A stretch of 64,000 bases of DNA from Guillardia theta CCMP2712 (Eukaryota; Protista; Cryptophyta): positions 200,595 to 264,594 of the forward strand of contig NW_005434628.1 of NCBI RefSeq assembly GCF_000315625.1, in the 5' to 3' direction. The notes below the pieces were generated by a model, which saw nothing but the letters and a program-made list of their open reading frames with translations, was not told where the DNA came from and ran no database searches. Of the stretch, positions 24,514 to 41,536 are shown piece after piece (within the stretch, counting starts at the first letter, position 1; every line of letters starts with the position of its first letter). Made by a program: the position numbers and the translations under genes.

Positions 24514-24867
24514 CTACTTGCTCCCCTCCTGCTGCTTCTGCATCTCCTCCCGCTATTACGTGCTGCTCTTGCTTCTGCTCCTCCCTCTACCTGGCCATCT
24601 CCTCCTCTCTCCCCGTCGTTCCTGCCCCCTCCCTTCCCCCATCTCGATCTGCTCTCCCACAGGATGGAGGCGAAAGTGAGCCGTTCTCGCAGCGGCTACA
24701 TCGCCGCTCAGATCGCGGAGATCTTTGCTGCTGACTGGAGGATCGCCTTGTGGCTGCGTGAAGTCTGCGAGTGGGACCAGGAGGGAAGAGCAGCTGCCAT
24801 GCCGCGACCGCTGGGTGAGGAACCCGATGAAGGGGGCCACGAGGAGGAGGAAGTGGAGGAAGAATAG
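22995..24867 (+). CDS. Ankyrin-repeat protein with N-terminal signal peptide and LRGG motif
   Basis: Leader MGRLILKRYRLYPLLLL...PSDA; LGLRGGG at 23181-23201; ankyrin exons ATVLHVAARNNYSSIVEFL|IEKGADINAQTRFGMTPLMTAAH..GSTNAAIALVQAGAD; acidic end, TAG 24865-24867. Confidence 0.8.
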
Positions 24868-25769
24868 GGAGGAAGTGGCAGGGAAGCGGAGGAGGAGGAA
24901 GTGGCCCGTGGAGGAGGAGGGGGGGGGGGAGGAGGAGGAGGAGGAATCGAAAGAATGATGGAAGGGAGGGGAGGAATAGGAGGAGGACGAGAGGGAGGAG
25001 AAGAAGATATCCGAGTAGAGCATATGGAATTGGTTATGGAGAGTGTGAGGGAAGGCGAGAGGCAAGAGCGACGGGAAGAGGATAAGCAGGAGCAGGAATG
25101 AAAAGGAGAGAACAAACACTGGGATAAGAGCAGAGGAGTTGAGAAGGACGAAGACGAAGAGGAAGGGGAGAGGAGAAGGAGGGGAAGGTGGAGGAGAGGA
25201 AAGAAAAGGGGGAAGCGAGGAGGAGGAGGAGGAGGAGGAGGAGGAGCGTGTAGTACTGAAAGGACAGCAGCAAGCGGGCAATACCCTTATCCGTCAGAGA
25301 CGATACAACTCAAAAGCTACCAGCGGAGCTGGACAGCTCCTCCTTCTGATGTACGTTGAGAGGACAAAGAACGAGGAAGTGCGGGAGGGGGGGGGAGGAG
25401 CCCCAAGCATGAGTGGGCGACATGGAGGAGAGGGAGACGAGGAGCAGGGGCAGGAGGAGGAGGGGCAGGAGGAGGAGGGAGATGAGGAGGAAGAGGAGGA
25501 GGAGGAGGAGGAGGAGTTTTGACGTCAATTTGCAGGAGTTGAATATTGGATTCTCTACCAAGAAAGGAGAAGTGTGAAAGGGAGTGATTATGAAGGATGA
25601 TTGCATGTCAGATCACAAAGGACAAGATGTAAGATGCGTTTGAATGAGAACATCGGATTTCATGTGTGTGAATGAGAACACGAGATTTCACAGAATATTA
25701 AAGTTTATTGTTGTACGTTCTCATCTTCAGCTCCCTTTCGTCAAAGGTTCATGCTCTCCCGTTGAGTTG

Positions 25770-26718
25770 ATCTGGTTGCGCTTGACCCTGCCATATCGTC
25801 AGCTGCTCTCCTCCCTCCCCTCCTCTCCTTGCTTGTCCTTGGCAGCTCCTCCGCTGCGAGCCGAGTCTTGGGGGTGGCGAGACGTTGGAGGCGATCGGAG
25901 ACGGCGGGAGGACTGCGAGGTGAGGAGTCGCTAGGAGAAGAAGGTCAGAAACAGGAGGAGCCAGTCATAGGAGGAGGAGGAGAGTTAGGAGGACGAGGAG
26001 GAGAAGAAAGAAGAGGAGAAGCAGCAGCAGTAGAAGAGGAGGAAGAGAAGAAGGTAAATCAGATCCTCGGAATGGGACGGTGGGTAGACAAGGAGGGCAG
26101 GAGGAGCAGAGGTCCAAGGAATTCATTCGATCACGTTGGTCGGGAGATTCGCCTGCTGGTCGACGACGCTTCTTGCTTCTGTTCGGAACGTTGTGAGGGG
26201 AGTTGGGAGAAGAGGGGGAGAGGGAGGGGGGGCAGCTGAGGATGGAAAAGGAAGTAGGGAGGACGAGGACAGAGCAAGTTTGATGGAGGATGGAAGGAGG
26301 AGAAGGAAATGGTAGCGCAGCAAGGCAATCTGCACCTTGGTGTTGGGAGAGATTGTAGGACGAGGTTTGTTCCCAATGTTCCACGGTGGTCTCTCCTGCT
26401 GCTCAACCCTATCAACCATCTGCTTTCTCCCTCCTGCAAGCAGCTGTGGATCCTCCTCCTCCTCCCCCTCCTCCTGCTTCTCCCCCCCTTCCGCCCTCCT
26501 CCACCACCACCTCCTCCTCTTCCTCCTCTCTGCATACCTTGGTCTCTTTCCTCACCTGCGGCGGCTCCGATCGGGCCCTGAAGCCTCGTCAAGCTTGCTT
26601 CACCTCTCCCTCCCTCACCGAGCTCTTGTCGTCTTCTTCTCCGACGACCCCGGAGAGTCTCCTGCCCTGCTGAGCTGAGAGCCCAAGACACGTCAGAAGT
26701 CTCGCGAAACCCAACATG

Positions 26719-26749
<31 letters not shown>

Positions 26750-28860
26750 TTGCTTTCGGCCTGACTCTGACTCTGACCCCAACCTTCCCTGCTATCAATC
26801 CTCCTCCTCCTCCTCCTCCTCCTCCTCCTCCTCCTCCGCCACTACCACCACCACTACCACCACTACCACCACTACCACCACTACCACCACCACTTCCTCC
26901 TCGTCCTCGTGCACGTGCACGTCCTCGTCCTCGTCCTCGTCTCCTCCTCCTCCTCCTCGTCTCTCCTCCTCCTCCTCCTCGAACGTGCTGTCTCACCTTC
27001 TTGCTCGCAAGCTCTTCCTGCAGGTTCGCAATCGCCCTGCCACTTGAGGTCACATGTGGTCTCCTCAGGCTCTCTCGGTCGGGCAGACATTGTCAAGTCT
27101 TCGATCATCTTGGTGTTTCTCTTCATTTCCTCAGCTTGAACTTGCTGTGAGATGAGATGAGAACATGATGCAAGCACTTCTGATATCTCGCCTTCATCCC
27201 CTTGATCTCCAGCTCATATTTCTATGCACGTGTCAGCATCACCGTTTATCTCCTCCCTTCCCTCTCCTCCACCATCATCATTAACAACAACAACAACATG
27301 ATCGACACAAACAACAACAACAACAACAACACCCACAAACACCCACAACACCCACAACACCCACCACCACCACAACAATAATATGATCGACACAAACAAC
27401 CACAACAAATAAAGCAATAACAATCAATGAAAATGACACAAACATGACATGCACAGCAGCGGCGGCAGCACCTCACCTGCTGCATCTTTTTCATACGATC
27501 TTTATAGCTCTTGACGCTTCCTGTCTCAACTGCCCCAGCGCTTTCGCTTGTTCGTCTTGCTGCTGTTTCAGCCTCTTCGCGAATTTTATTTGTCGTGCTG
27601 TCAAACACTGCACTGCCGATGACCGTCTGCAGGACATGGAGATTGAGGAGCGGGAGGAGCGGAAGGAGCGGGGAAAATAGAGAGGTAGAGGAGGATGAGG
27701 ATGTAGGAAGTAGTCAAAGGAGCAGGAGGAAAAAGAGGAGGAGGAAGGAGAAGTCAGCAAAAGCAGAACTTAGCAGGAGCAGAATACAGAAAACAAGTCA
27801 AATTTCATATCACTGTCGTCATCGGACAGTCCACAAACCAGGAACAAGTCTCACTTCAGCCCTCTCCCTCACCTCGTCCCGTGCTTGCATCAAAGTAGCC
27901 AGCAAGTCGTCAACGTCCACTGCAAGCTTTCCTTCCTCCCACCTGCTACCTCGTCAGTCGCCCTGGCAGGTTTCGGATAGTTTCTAACGTGCTCATGTCT
28001 GCCAGTCGACGCTCGCGGTACTTCGCCAATGAGAACTGTAGGAAAGACAACATGAACATGCGAGTGCAGAAAACAGAAAATCAGAACAGAACAACACTCT
28101 AGCAGAAGGGATGTTGTCATCGTCAAGGAGGAAAATCCGAGGGAGATGTAAACACTTGTAACATTTTGTCGATACGACCAACACAACAGACCTGAGCATT
28201 CCTGACACAGTCGCTGAGGTGTCTTTCCAAGTTGTTGAAATTGTCCCTTATCGTCTCCATCTCCTTACATGCAATGAGGATCCCGTTGAAGTGCTGGCTG
28301 AGATCAGATCTCTGCTTCCTCCTTCCATCATCCCCGTCGCCGTCGCTACCATCAACATCTCCCCCGTCCTCTTCAGCGCTGTCTTGCTTGAAATCATAAT
28401 CACCTCTCAAGGACTGAAACTCTTCCATCCTGTCTGTCTGCAGCGTGATGTTCTCACTTGGCAGGAAGATGGGTGATAGCCATCCCTGCTGCTCCGGCCC
28501 CTCGCTCACCATCCCGACCTGCCCGGTGGGAAACTGCGAGCTCTGGCCGTTTGCGAGCAGGGAAAATCTCTCTCCTCCCCTCTTGCTGTTGTCGAACGCT
28601 TCCGACTGCTGATGAGAAGAGTTGTGGAGATGGTCAAGGTGTCTGTGACCTCCTGTGTCCATCTGCTCTTCCTGCCTGCCCTCGCCATCCAGTGCGAACG
28701 CGCTGCCGTCGAAGACGATGTGCTGTTCGTCAATGTCTGTGATGATCGGATCCAGCCTTCTCTGCTGCTCCTCCGCTCCTTGCTGCGGCTTCTCGTGCAG
28801 ATCGGGGGAGGGAGTTCCGGTATGGCCCCGACAGCTGTCGTAGGAGAGAAGCTGCATGCT
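25770..28860 (-). CDS. Multi-exon coiled-coil/low-complexity coding region; either the 3' part of the SPRY gene across the assembly gap or a separate gene
   Basis: ORF 28123-28857 plus short exons (KIREEAETAARR...KSYKDRMKKMQQ; QAEEMKRNTKMIEDL; MVDRVEQQERPPWN) separated by low-complexity introns. Boundaries are approximate. Confidence 0.5.
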
Positions 28861-29125
28861 GAAGAAAGTTTGAGAGGAGCGAGGAGCGAGGAGCGAGGAG
28901 AGAGGAGAGAGGAGCGAGGAGAGGAGCGAGGAGCAAGGAGCGAGGAGCGAGGAGCGAGGAGAGGAGCGAGGAGCGAAGGAGCGAGGAGCGAGGAGCGAGG
29001 AGAGGAGCGAGGAGGGAGGAGGGAGGAGGGAGGAGGGAGGAGGGAGGAGGGAGGAGGGAGGAGAGGAGGAGGGAGGAGGGAGGAGGAGGAGGAGGGAGGA
29101 GGGAGGAGGGAGGAGGGAGGAGGGA

Positions 29126-29225
29126 NNNNNNNNNNNNNNNNNNNNNNNNNNNNNNNNNNNNNNNNNNNNNNNNNNNNNNNNNNNNNNNNNNNNNNNNNNN
29201 NNNNNNNNNNNNNNNNNNNNNNNNN
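29126..29225. other. Assembly gap (N run) in a GA-rich intron
   Basis: 100 N. Confidence 1.
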
Positions 29226-29369
29226 CGTCTTCTGTCCATTTTTCCCCCTTCCTGTGCCACTGTCTCCCTCCTCCTCCTCCTCCTCCTCCTCCTCCTCATC
29301 CTCCTCCTCCTCATCCTCCTCCTCCTCCTCGTTGTTCTCCTCGCTGCCCTGTCTTTGCTCTCAGCTCGA

Positions 29370-31427
29370 CTTTGTCTTACGTGACTGTCTTTTCCCATCT
29401 TCCAGTCAAATCCGCAGAATCCCAAGAATTGACCATTCTTCGTGAAGAAACAAGAGTTTTCCTGCTAGGGTATCAGTCGATAATCATGACCAAAAAACTT
29501 TATGATCAAAACGACATTCATCATCGTCATCATCATCGTTGCGAGATGACAACAACAAAAGTCACGGGGAGACGTTCACGATCTTGACACGACAAATGCT
29601 CCAAGGCAACATACCGCGGCAAGAACGCCACATCCCAGGATATCTCCCTCCCCGAAGCGGCTTGAGATAGGGCTTGCAATCACAGACGAATGGTCATCCC
29701 TGCCACCAACGGCTTCGAGTTACGACCGCACTTGACACAAGAGCAACAACAACTCGTCATCTTCCTACAAGCAACATTCACACGTCTCACTGCCTCACCT
29801 GATCTGCAGCCTATCCGTCGCCCCCCCTGAGACCTCCCCATCCATGGACAGCAGCAACCAGCCTGTTCCCTCTTCCGCCTTCTTCTCCCCCTGTCCCGAC
29901 CAGCAGCATCAGCTTCTCTCTTTCCACGTCCACCTACACACCGGGAACTGCGCAAACAGCGCATCTACAACCTTCCTCGGGGCCCCGTACCCTCCGCCAC
30001 CAGCCTCCTGATCCCTACCGTTCCTCTGAGCCCCACGTAGCTGGGCGTGTGCTGAACTTGACCTCCTGATTCCGACCTGGACCGACCTACCCTTCATGAT
30101 GAAGGTTTCAAAGTACCCCAGCACCACCATCTGCCCTCCAGTCCCGGGCAGGCACCCGAGCCCGGGGCAGAGGTCAGTCAGCGCGAGCGCTGAGTGGACT
30201 GACGCGTCACCCCCGGCGGGAAACCTCTCATCGGAGCAGACGATCGCTTCCTGCAGCCCAATGTCGATCGACCTGCCCACCCTCTCAGCAAAACTTTACC
30301 TTCTTTCAAACCTTTTCCCTCCTCTCTCCCCTTCCCCTTCCTCCCATCCTCCCCACTCCTTCCCCCTCTCTCCCTACTCCTGCTGCCCCATGCTGTCCCC
30401 ACCTCAGTCCTCCAACCGTGTTGAAGATGCTGGAGCTGGGCAGGAGAGGAACATCGATCGGGTGGACGCCAATCGCATCATAGCGGAAGTACCCAAGGAA
30501 GTTGAAGGAAACGGCTGCCTCGGGACCCAGGAAGTAGATGGAGGGATGAAGGGGACTGACAAATCCCACAGGTACAAAGATTGATGGGAACCGAAGGCCG
30601 TTGAGGGTGAAGAACAGCTCGTTGCTTCCCGAGTCCCATCCCACACCCACCGTGTCTCCCTGCTCCAGCTGACGCCCAAGGTACGTCTCGACGCTCCCCT
30701 TGTACAGCAGCTGGCCTCGCTCCGACTCCAACCCCACCGACTCCTTCATTCCTACGATCCCGCTGTGTCCCAGGGGAGCTACTCCGATGGAGAGTTGCGA
30801 ACCCTTGACGTACAGGAGCGTTACCTCCCAGTATTTGAGCGTCCCCTGCAGGATCGACATTGTTCCCTGCGCCTGAATACATCCCCCTTTTGTCTTCTTC
30901 GCCAACACCGTCGACCCGTCCTCAAGGTTGCGTATGTCAGCCATCTTCCTCGCTAGACGCCAGGATCGCTGGACGTCCTTCACGTGCCAGGTTCTCTGAC
31001 TCTCTCAACCCCTTGCCTCCTCCCTCACCTCCGACGCATCTTTCCTTGTCCTTTTGGTCACCCGCCGTAACCACACTGAGCCTTGCGACCGATCGCTAAG
31101 GTTGTCAGACGCCCGCAGGCCTCAGGGCAGAAGCCATCCTCATGAATGATCCTCTCCTCTCTCCTCTCCTCCTTCCTCCCTGAGCGTCTCTGTCTCTGTC
31201 TCTGTCGGTACCTCCTTCCCTGCTTTCCCTGCTTCCCTTCCCTTCCCTTCCTCCGTCCGCGCTGAATCCCCACCTGCCTCGCTCGCTCGATCGCTCGCTC
31301 TCGTATCACACTGTCCTTGGCTAGCAAGCTCCTCCTCTCTCCTCGCCCCTTTCTCGCTCGCTCTCTGCTCTCTGTCTCTCTCCTCCCTCCTCTTCGCCAC
31401 CCTCCTCTTCTCTTACGCTCTCAGCAT
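29370..31427 (-). CDS. Tandem SPRY-domain protein (5' part)
   Basis: SPRY 1: YWEVTLL...LSIGVA...GDTVGVGWD...LFFTLNG...VSFNF. SPRY 2: YFETFI..VQVGI...FGEGDILGCGV|..CFFTKNGQFLG. Candidate ATG 31427 (MLRA|LLAKDSVIRERAIERARQ). Confidence 0.8.
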
Positions 31428-31970
31428 GGCGGCCCTGTGAAACCCGACCCCGATAGAAAAAAAGAAAGTCATAAAAGGACCCCTTCTTCCGCTACCCACT
31501 AATTTCAGTGAGTCATAGCAAAATGACAAAATCCAGAACTGGAAAGAGGGGGTGATCATACTACCCCTACCCCCTGTGATTGTTGAGCTGTCAATTGCAC
31601 CCAGAGGACAAGAACACATAGTTCGCATCCTGCTCCTACTGCTGCTCCTGCTGCTCCTGCTGCTGCTGCTGCTCCTCCTCCTCCTGATCCCGCTGCTCCT
31701 GCTTCTGCTCCTGTCCTCTTCCTCCTCCTCCTTCAACTTTTCAATCATCCTTTCCTTATCTGGTTGTACGTTCTCTTTCTGCCTTTCCTTCTCTTCTTCC
31801 TACTTCTTCCACTGCTTCTAATCCATCTCCTGCTTTATCTCACCCTCACCCCCCCCCCCCCCTCCCCCTTCGTTTTGTCCCGCTCCTCCCCTCCTCCCTT
31901 GACTCGTGTATTTCGCTCGTGCTCTCATCGAAAGTCTGTGATGACTTCACATGACTTGAGGTTGTCAGGA

Positions 31971-34086
31971 ATGTCCAAATGGAGTTCTGGGTTGCTTGGC
32001 TGTCTTGACATTCCTACTGAAAACGCTCTTGATCTGGTGAGGCATGATTTTGCTTCTTCCTTCCATCACAAGTGATTCTGTAATTTTCGACAGGGATTGG
32101 GTGTGTCTGCGTTCCCAGAGGTATGCAGGATCTCTCATACCCCTGACATCTGTCGTGGAAGAGGACTAAATCATCACTGGCAGGCAATATGCCCATGTGT
32201 GGCTTACTTTCAGATCCGAAAGAGGATGGTGGAGTCAGCTCCGGTCGGTGACGAGGATGTCTCGTAGTAGTTGATGTTGTTGTACGTGTCAGGATGAGGG
32301 TTTGTACCTGATTCAAAGGCTGTTCGGGAAGGATGCAAGTGCCGACAAGCATGCGATGGGCCTGACGTAACTTGTTCATTCCTAGTCTGCAAGTAGAAAT
32401 GACGAGGATCCAGATGCTTGTACTGCGCAAGTCCTTGCGTGTTCGGAGGTTTGAACCGGAAGCGACTGCGACAATCAGCAGGTGAGCAGCGAAGGAGTCG
32501 AGGAGGAAGGCAGATATCATTGATGAGCTGACTTGCAATAAAAGAGTTGTGCTCTGTACGATGAGAAGCAATGATTGAGTTTGTAGCATGTAGATTACGA
32601 TCTGTGTGAGAGATGAGAAACAATGATTGAGTTGGTATGGTGAGAGCTGAGAGGTGAGAGCTGAGAGGTAACATGAATGAAACAAGAAGAGCTGGAGAGA
32701 TAGAACTCTTACGCTGATGGCAATTGATTTGTCTGTACCGCCTAAACCTGCTGCAGGAATACGCGGAAACCTCGGTTTCGACTGCTTGCTTCATACTTTC
32801 CTTGCACCCTGTGCGCTAGCACAAGAAGTTAGATGCAGCGAGTTGTCAAGAAGTGGAGTGACTGGAGAACAGGGTCGACATCTCCGGACAAACCCTCACA
32901 AGGGAAGCGGCGGATCTTACATCTCCGTTCCCCTCTGGCGTCGCATGTTCAGATTTTGTTTCCCACTCAGGGAGCTGAACTCGGTCATGCTGGATGCCAT
33001 TCAGCGAGGAGATTTGTGAGTGTGGTGTACAACCTTGACATGTAGTGCTGAGTGTGATACTGATCCGTGATCTTGACATGTGATCTTGACATGTGATTTT
33101 GATGTTGCCAATACAATATGTTCGTCTGTGTGGTCTTGAACGTTCATGTATCTTGCAATGTGCTTTCTAGTCCGTTGTGTGTAACACACCTCCCATGTTC
33201 ACAGGCAGATGTGCAACGCTATGGTGAAGCAAGGGGCGAATGTCAACGTCACAGACCATGCAAAGGTAATGGAGCTGGACCGGAGGTGGTGAAGGGAGGA
33301 GGAGAGAGGAGGAGGAGAGAAGAGAAGGAAGCGACGAAGAAGAAGAAGAAGAAGGAGGAGAGAGGAGGAGGAGGAGGAGGAGGAGGAGGAGGAGAGAAAA
33401 GGAGGAGGAGGAGGAGGAGGAGGAGGAGGAGGAGGCTTTTCATCTCTGATCATAACTTTTCAGGCGACGCCGCTTATGTTCGCCGCTCAGAACCGACAGC
33501 TCGAGATCTGCGCGATCCTGCTCGAGAACAAAGCTGATGTGAACGCTAAAGACCGCGGGGGGATGACAGCTTGCCATAGGGTGAGGAGAGGAAGTGAAGC
33601 GAGGACGAGAAGGCGGAGGTTGTGAGGAGGGGGGAGGCAGAAGGAGGGAGCAGGAGCAGGAGCAGGAGCGGCACAGGCTGACGCTGCTTCTTGTTGCAGG
33701 CAGCACTTGTGGGGGACGTGAAGGTTTTGGAGCTGCTGATTAAGAAGGGAGCGAAGAGAGGGATAGAGGATGGCTGGGGAAAGACCCCGATGGATGTAAG
33801 ACGAGAAAGACTCTTTGATGTCCTCCTCCTGCTCCGCCTCCTGCTCCTGCTCCTGCTGCTCCTGTTCTTGCTCGCGCTCCTCCTCCTGCTGCTGCTGCTC
33901 CTGCATTTCTCCGCGGATTATCACAACTTCCTCCTGTTTCAACCTCGCTCTGACTGCTCTCTTGTAACCTCCTCTCTTCTCATCTCCTCTTGTCTCCGAT
34001 CCTCGCAGTATGCTTCCTTGCAGACGAAGGAGAAACTCCAGCAGCTCGTTGGGTTTGGTGTTGACGATCCTCTCGTCATGCAGTGA
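31971..34086 (+). CDS. PLAC8-like cysteine-rich domain fused to ankyrin repeats
   Basis: MSKWSSGLLGC...AICPCVAYFQI...GIRGNLGFDCLLHTFLAPCALAQE (PLAC8 pattern), then ATPLMFAAQNRQLEICAILLENKADVNAKDRGGMTACHR|AALVGDVKVLELLIKKGA..DGWGKTPMD; stop at 34086. Confidence 0.75.
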
Positions 34087-34211
34087 AGTCGCCACAAACG
34101 GCCTCCTCCCTCCTCCCTCCTCCCTCCTCCCTCTCCTCCCTCCCTTTCTCAACTTCCTCCTCGTATTCTCTCTTCCCTCTCCTGCCTTTCCGAGTTTGTT
34201 TCAGGTTCTTT

Positions 34212-37945
<3,734 letters not shown>

Positions 37946-38285
37946 GGTTTCGTCCCTGTTCACTACTCTCCAACTTGTGCCCCACTAAACAGCCGCAGAC
38001 TAGATCTGGCACTTGCTCTTGACTTAGGCTTGTTTTGCTCGCTGCCTGTTCGTTCTTCTACTTCTACTTCTACTTCTGCTTCTGTGCTTCCTCAGACTCT
38101 GCTTCTGCTTCTGCTTCTCCTCTAGTCTTCTCTCCCCACCTCCGTTGCCGCTTCCATCGCCATCGCAAACGGCCCCTTATGTGCACAAATGTGTAAAAGG
38201 TAAAAAATAATAAAACAAAAACCCCTTCTGGGACCGGGGGGGTGAATGCCAGTGTCGGATGGGGGTACTGGTACCCTAAGTTTCC

Positions 38286-38479
38286 AAGCGACTTTCTGAG
38301 CAAAGACCCTCAGTGCTCGCACTAGCAGCATCTTGTCGAGCCGATCGAACCGAGCTTGGAACAACTCTACGATACAAAAGAGCTGGTCAAACTTGGCCGG
38401 GGGATCCGACTGCTGCTGCAGTCCAGGAGCAGCTCGAAGGAGGTAGTGGAGGGTCGAGACCAGGCGCTCACAGGCCTGC
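38286..38479 (+). pseudogene. Inverted partial copy of the giant ankyrin gene's 5' coding sequence (46621-46811)
   Basis: Manual alignment shows about 10 substitutions and one 3-bp insertion over ~190 bp, including a TGG>TAG nonsense change. Confidence 0.9.
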
Positions 38480-38522
38480 TGTCAGGCTGGAAGCCTGGCC
38501 AAGCAGCATTGATGCTTCAACT

Positions 38523-38642
38523 TTGAACAGGTACGATATGGTACAACATCTCTGATTCGAATCATCACTCGAATCATCAACATTGAACAGGTATGATATG
38601 GTACAACATCTTTGTTTCGAATCATCACTCCAGTCATCATCA
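38523..38642. repeat. 60-bp tandem duplication (2 copies)
   Basis: ttgaacaggta(c/t)gatatggtacaacatct..g.ttcgaatcatcactc occurs twice with period 60. Confidence 0.85.
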
Positions 38643-38995
38643 ATGTCCCACTCTGCTGCATCATCAACATTTCCGTGAAAACGATGGTCGTCACCCGACC
38701 CGTGATCCTCGTCATCATCACCATCGCTTTCACCACCATCACCACTACTACCGCTACCACGCTATCACCGCTACAACCCCCGCTATCTCCATTATCGCTC
38801 CCATCCGAGACAGCAGGAACCGGGTGGTTCCATCACCACTCGAAGAAACTGTTGGTGACATATCACTGATGCCAAACCAACTTCTACCACAGCTACCAAA
38901 TTATGAATGCAATCGGATCGGATCGGTCATTCAACATCACTAATCATCAGTTTCAGCGTAGATACTGTAACAAGTTCAACGGGTAAGTCAAGTTA

Positions 38996-41494
38996 CTAGT
39001 CGGAATCACTATCACTAGAATACAACCCTTCATCATCGTCTCTGTGATCCCACAATGAAGCAACCCCATTCAGTCTGGGAAGACGATGGTAGTATTCGTC
39101 GTCGTCGGAATCATCATCATCGTCGTCGTCATCAACTGCAGCAGCACCGACCCTATACCCATCATCGTTCCCATCCTCTAAGTCCTCATCAACCTTTCCA
39201 TCAGGACGGCTGAAGTCTTCATCGTCTTCCTCATCGCTGAGCTGCAAGTCATCTGAGTCAGAAGGGCAGCTATAGCAATCGACTGAGTGGTCGGACAAGC
39301 CTAGGAAATCCTCAGGTTGCATAGATGCACGACTGTACCTGTCCTCCTCCTCCTCCTCATCCTCACTCCCCATCATCCCCATCAGCTGATCGTGTTTCCG
39401 TTTCGCAGGCAGACTCACTCCGTCGCTGTCTTTGTGGGCACGTGCGCTCTCATCCCTGCCCTCCTCCTGATCGCCTGCCGTGCGTGCAAGGAGGCGAGCA
39501 TGAAACCGCTGCTCTTCCTCCGGCGCATCGTCGCTAAGGCATGCGCCATGTTGCAGGAGCAGTCGAGCGAGGGTTCCATCCTCACTCCGGCAGCTCAACG
39601 ACAGCGCGCACGTCCCCGCGTTGTCTCTTCGGTTCACCTCAGCGCCTGCTGCAAGCAGGCTAGTTACGATGTCCCGCCTGCCAGTCTTGCTCGCCATCAG
39701 CAGGGGAGTCTGGCCCTGGTGGTCGGGGGCCTCGACGTCAGCCTTGTTCGCTAACAGAGCTTCAATGACCTCAAGCGGTACGCTAGGCACTTGACACGCG
39801 CGCAGGAGGGCCGTGCAGCCGTTCTGATCACGAGCTTCGAGAGGAAGAGAGCTGCTGTCTCCTTGGCTACCTGGGAGAAGGCTCGCGCGTCTCCTTGCCA
39901 GGTACTCATCCACCACCCGCAGGTTCCCTTGAGCTGCGGCGACATGCAGCAAGGTCTCAAGGCTCGCCAACCGATGGGACCAGTCGGCTCCTGCTTGGCT
40001 CAGCATCTCCACGACCCTGTGCTGAACCTTCTTGTCTATGCAAGCAGTAGTGGCGCTGAACAAGGCCGTCCAGCCGTACCTGTCCCCGTCGTTGATGTGA
40101 GCGACAGCCGTTGGAAGAGCTTTCATGGCGGCTAGGAGCCCAAGTCTTCCTTGTATGCTCGCTAGCATCCACAGGGTCTCTCCGAAGAAATCCATCCGAG
40201 CATTATAGTCCCAGTCGTGACAAGAGGCCAGGAAGCACGGGAGGACGAGGGCCGTCGGGGCATTGTCGACTAGCAACTTGTTGCACCACCGTCGGAATCT
40301 CAGGGCAGATGCCGAGTGAGGCCGACACTTGCTGGACAGCAGCTGCAGCACCTCCAGGTCCTTGTTGTGGAGCACCCGAGAGATGATGGGCTCTGATTCT
40401 GCTCCCTGTTCGAGGATCGCATCAATCAGCTCCAGGTGACAAGCGAATGGCGTGACGTCGGCGTTGCGCCTCTTGGCCATGTAGGCCATGTGCAAGGCTG
40501 TTGCCGTAGGCCCCGACGTCAGGTGGGATGTCTTCTTGTCGAGATTGACGGTGAGCAAGCAGCTCTTAAGCTCCAGCATCGCGTGCACAAACTTCCAGCT
40601 ACCATCCCGTATGGCTCGTTGCAGAAGAGAGTCGCCCTCTGACGTCTCGGAGTCGACCAGCCCTCGCCGGAGGAGGCAGCGGAACAGCTTCAAGCAGTTG
40701 TCCTTGCTGTCTCGGGACGTGTAGAGCAGCGCAAGAAGGCCAACACCCGAGCCTTGATCAGGCCCGACTTGACTCAGCCCGCTTGACAGCAGTCGGAGAG
40801 CAAACCACCACATGCGCTGCTCTATCGCCTTCCTCAGAACAGGCGCTGCCTCCTGCGCCTCCGCCTCGTCCTTCACCCCGAACGACCTCATGACGTCGAG
40901 GATGCTCCCCCACGAGACATACAGGGGGTCAGACATGTGCTGATACGCGTCCAAGACGGCAGTCAGAGCACGCTGAGAGTTCTTCCTCACCCACTTCCGC
41001 CTCTCACGCCTCGAGATCAGAGCTAGACGTCGAGACATGGCCGTCATGTGCGACGGCCGCATGGCCCTTAGCAACCTCTTCAGGTACTCTCGTCTCTTTC
41101 GAGGGTCAAGCACGCTCTCCTGAGTCTCAAGGCACATAAGCAGCACTGTCCTCCCCTCCCCGTCCGGAACATCTGGGAAGCCATGCTTGACTAGCGCAAG
41201 AAACGCCGAATCATCCTCACTCCCGCTGCACTGCAGGCTCTCGAAGGCGAGCATCACCAGGCTCTTGCCCGACCTTGTCACGGCATCATCAAGCTGTCCA
41301 CTGCACGTGCGAGACTTTGAAAGCTCGGCCACTAGCCCGCTGAGTCGCTTCGTGGTCGCCATGGACAAGGCTGACTTGCCCTTGTCGGTGACGAGGTCTC
41401 GAGCTCCTAGTCGGATCATCAGCTTGCAGCATGCTCGAGCATCCTCTGTCGTTGCCGTAGAGTCCTCCTCCTCCTCCTCCTCCTCCTCCTCGCT

Positions 41495-41536
<42 letters not shown>

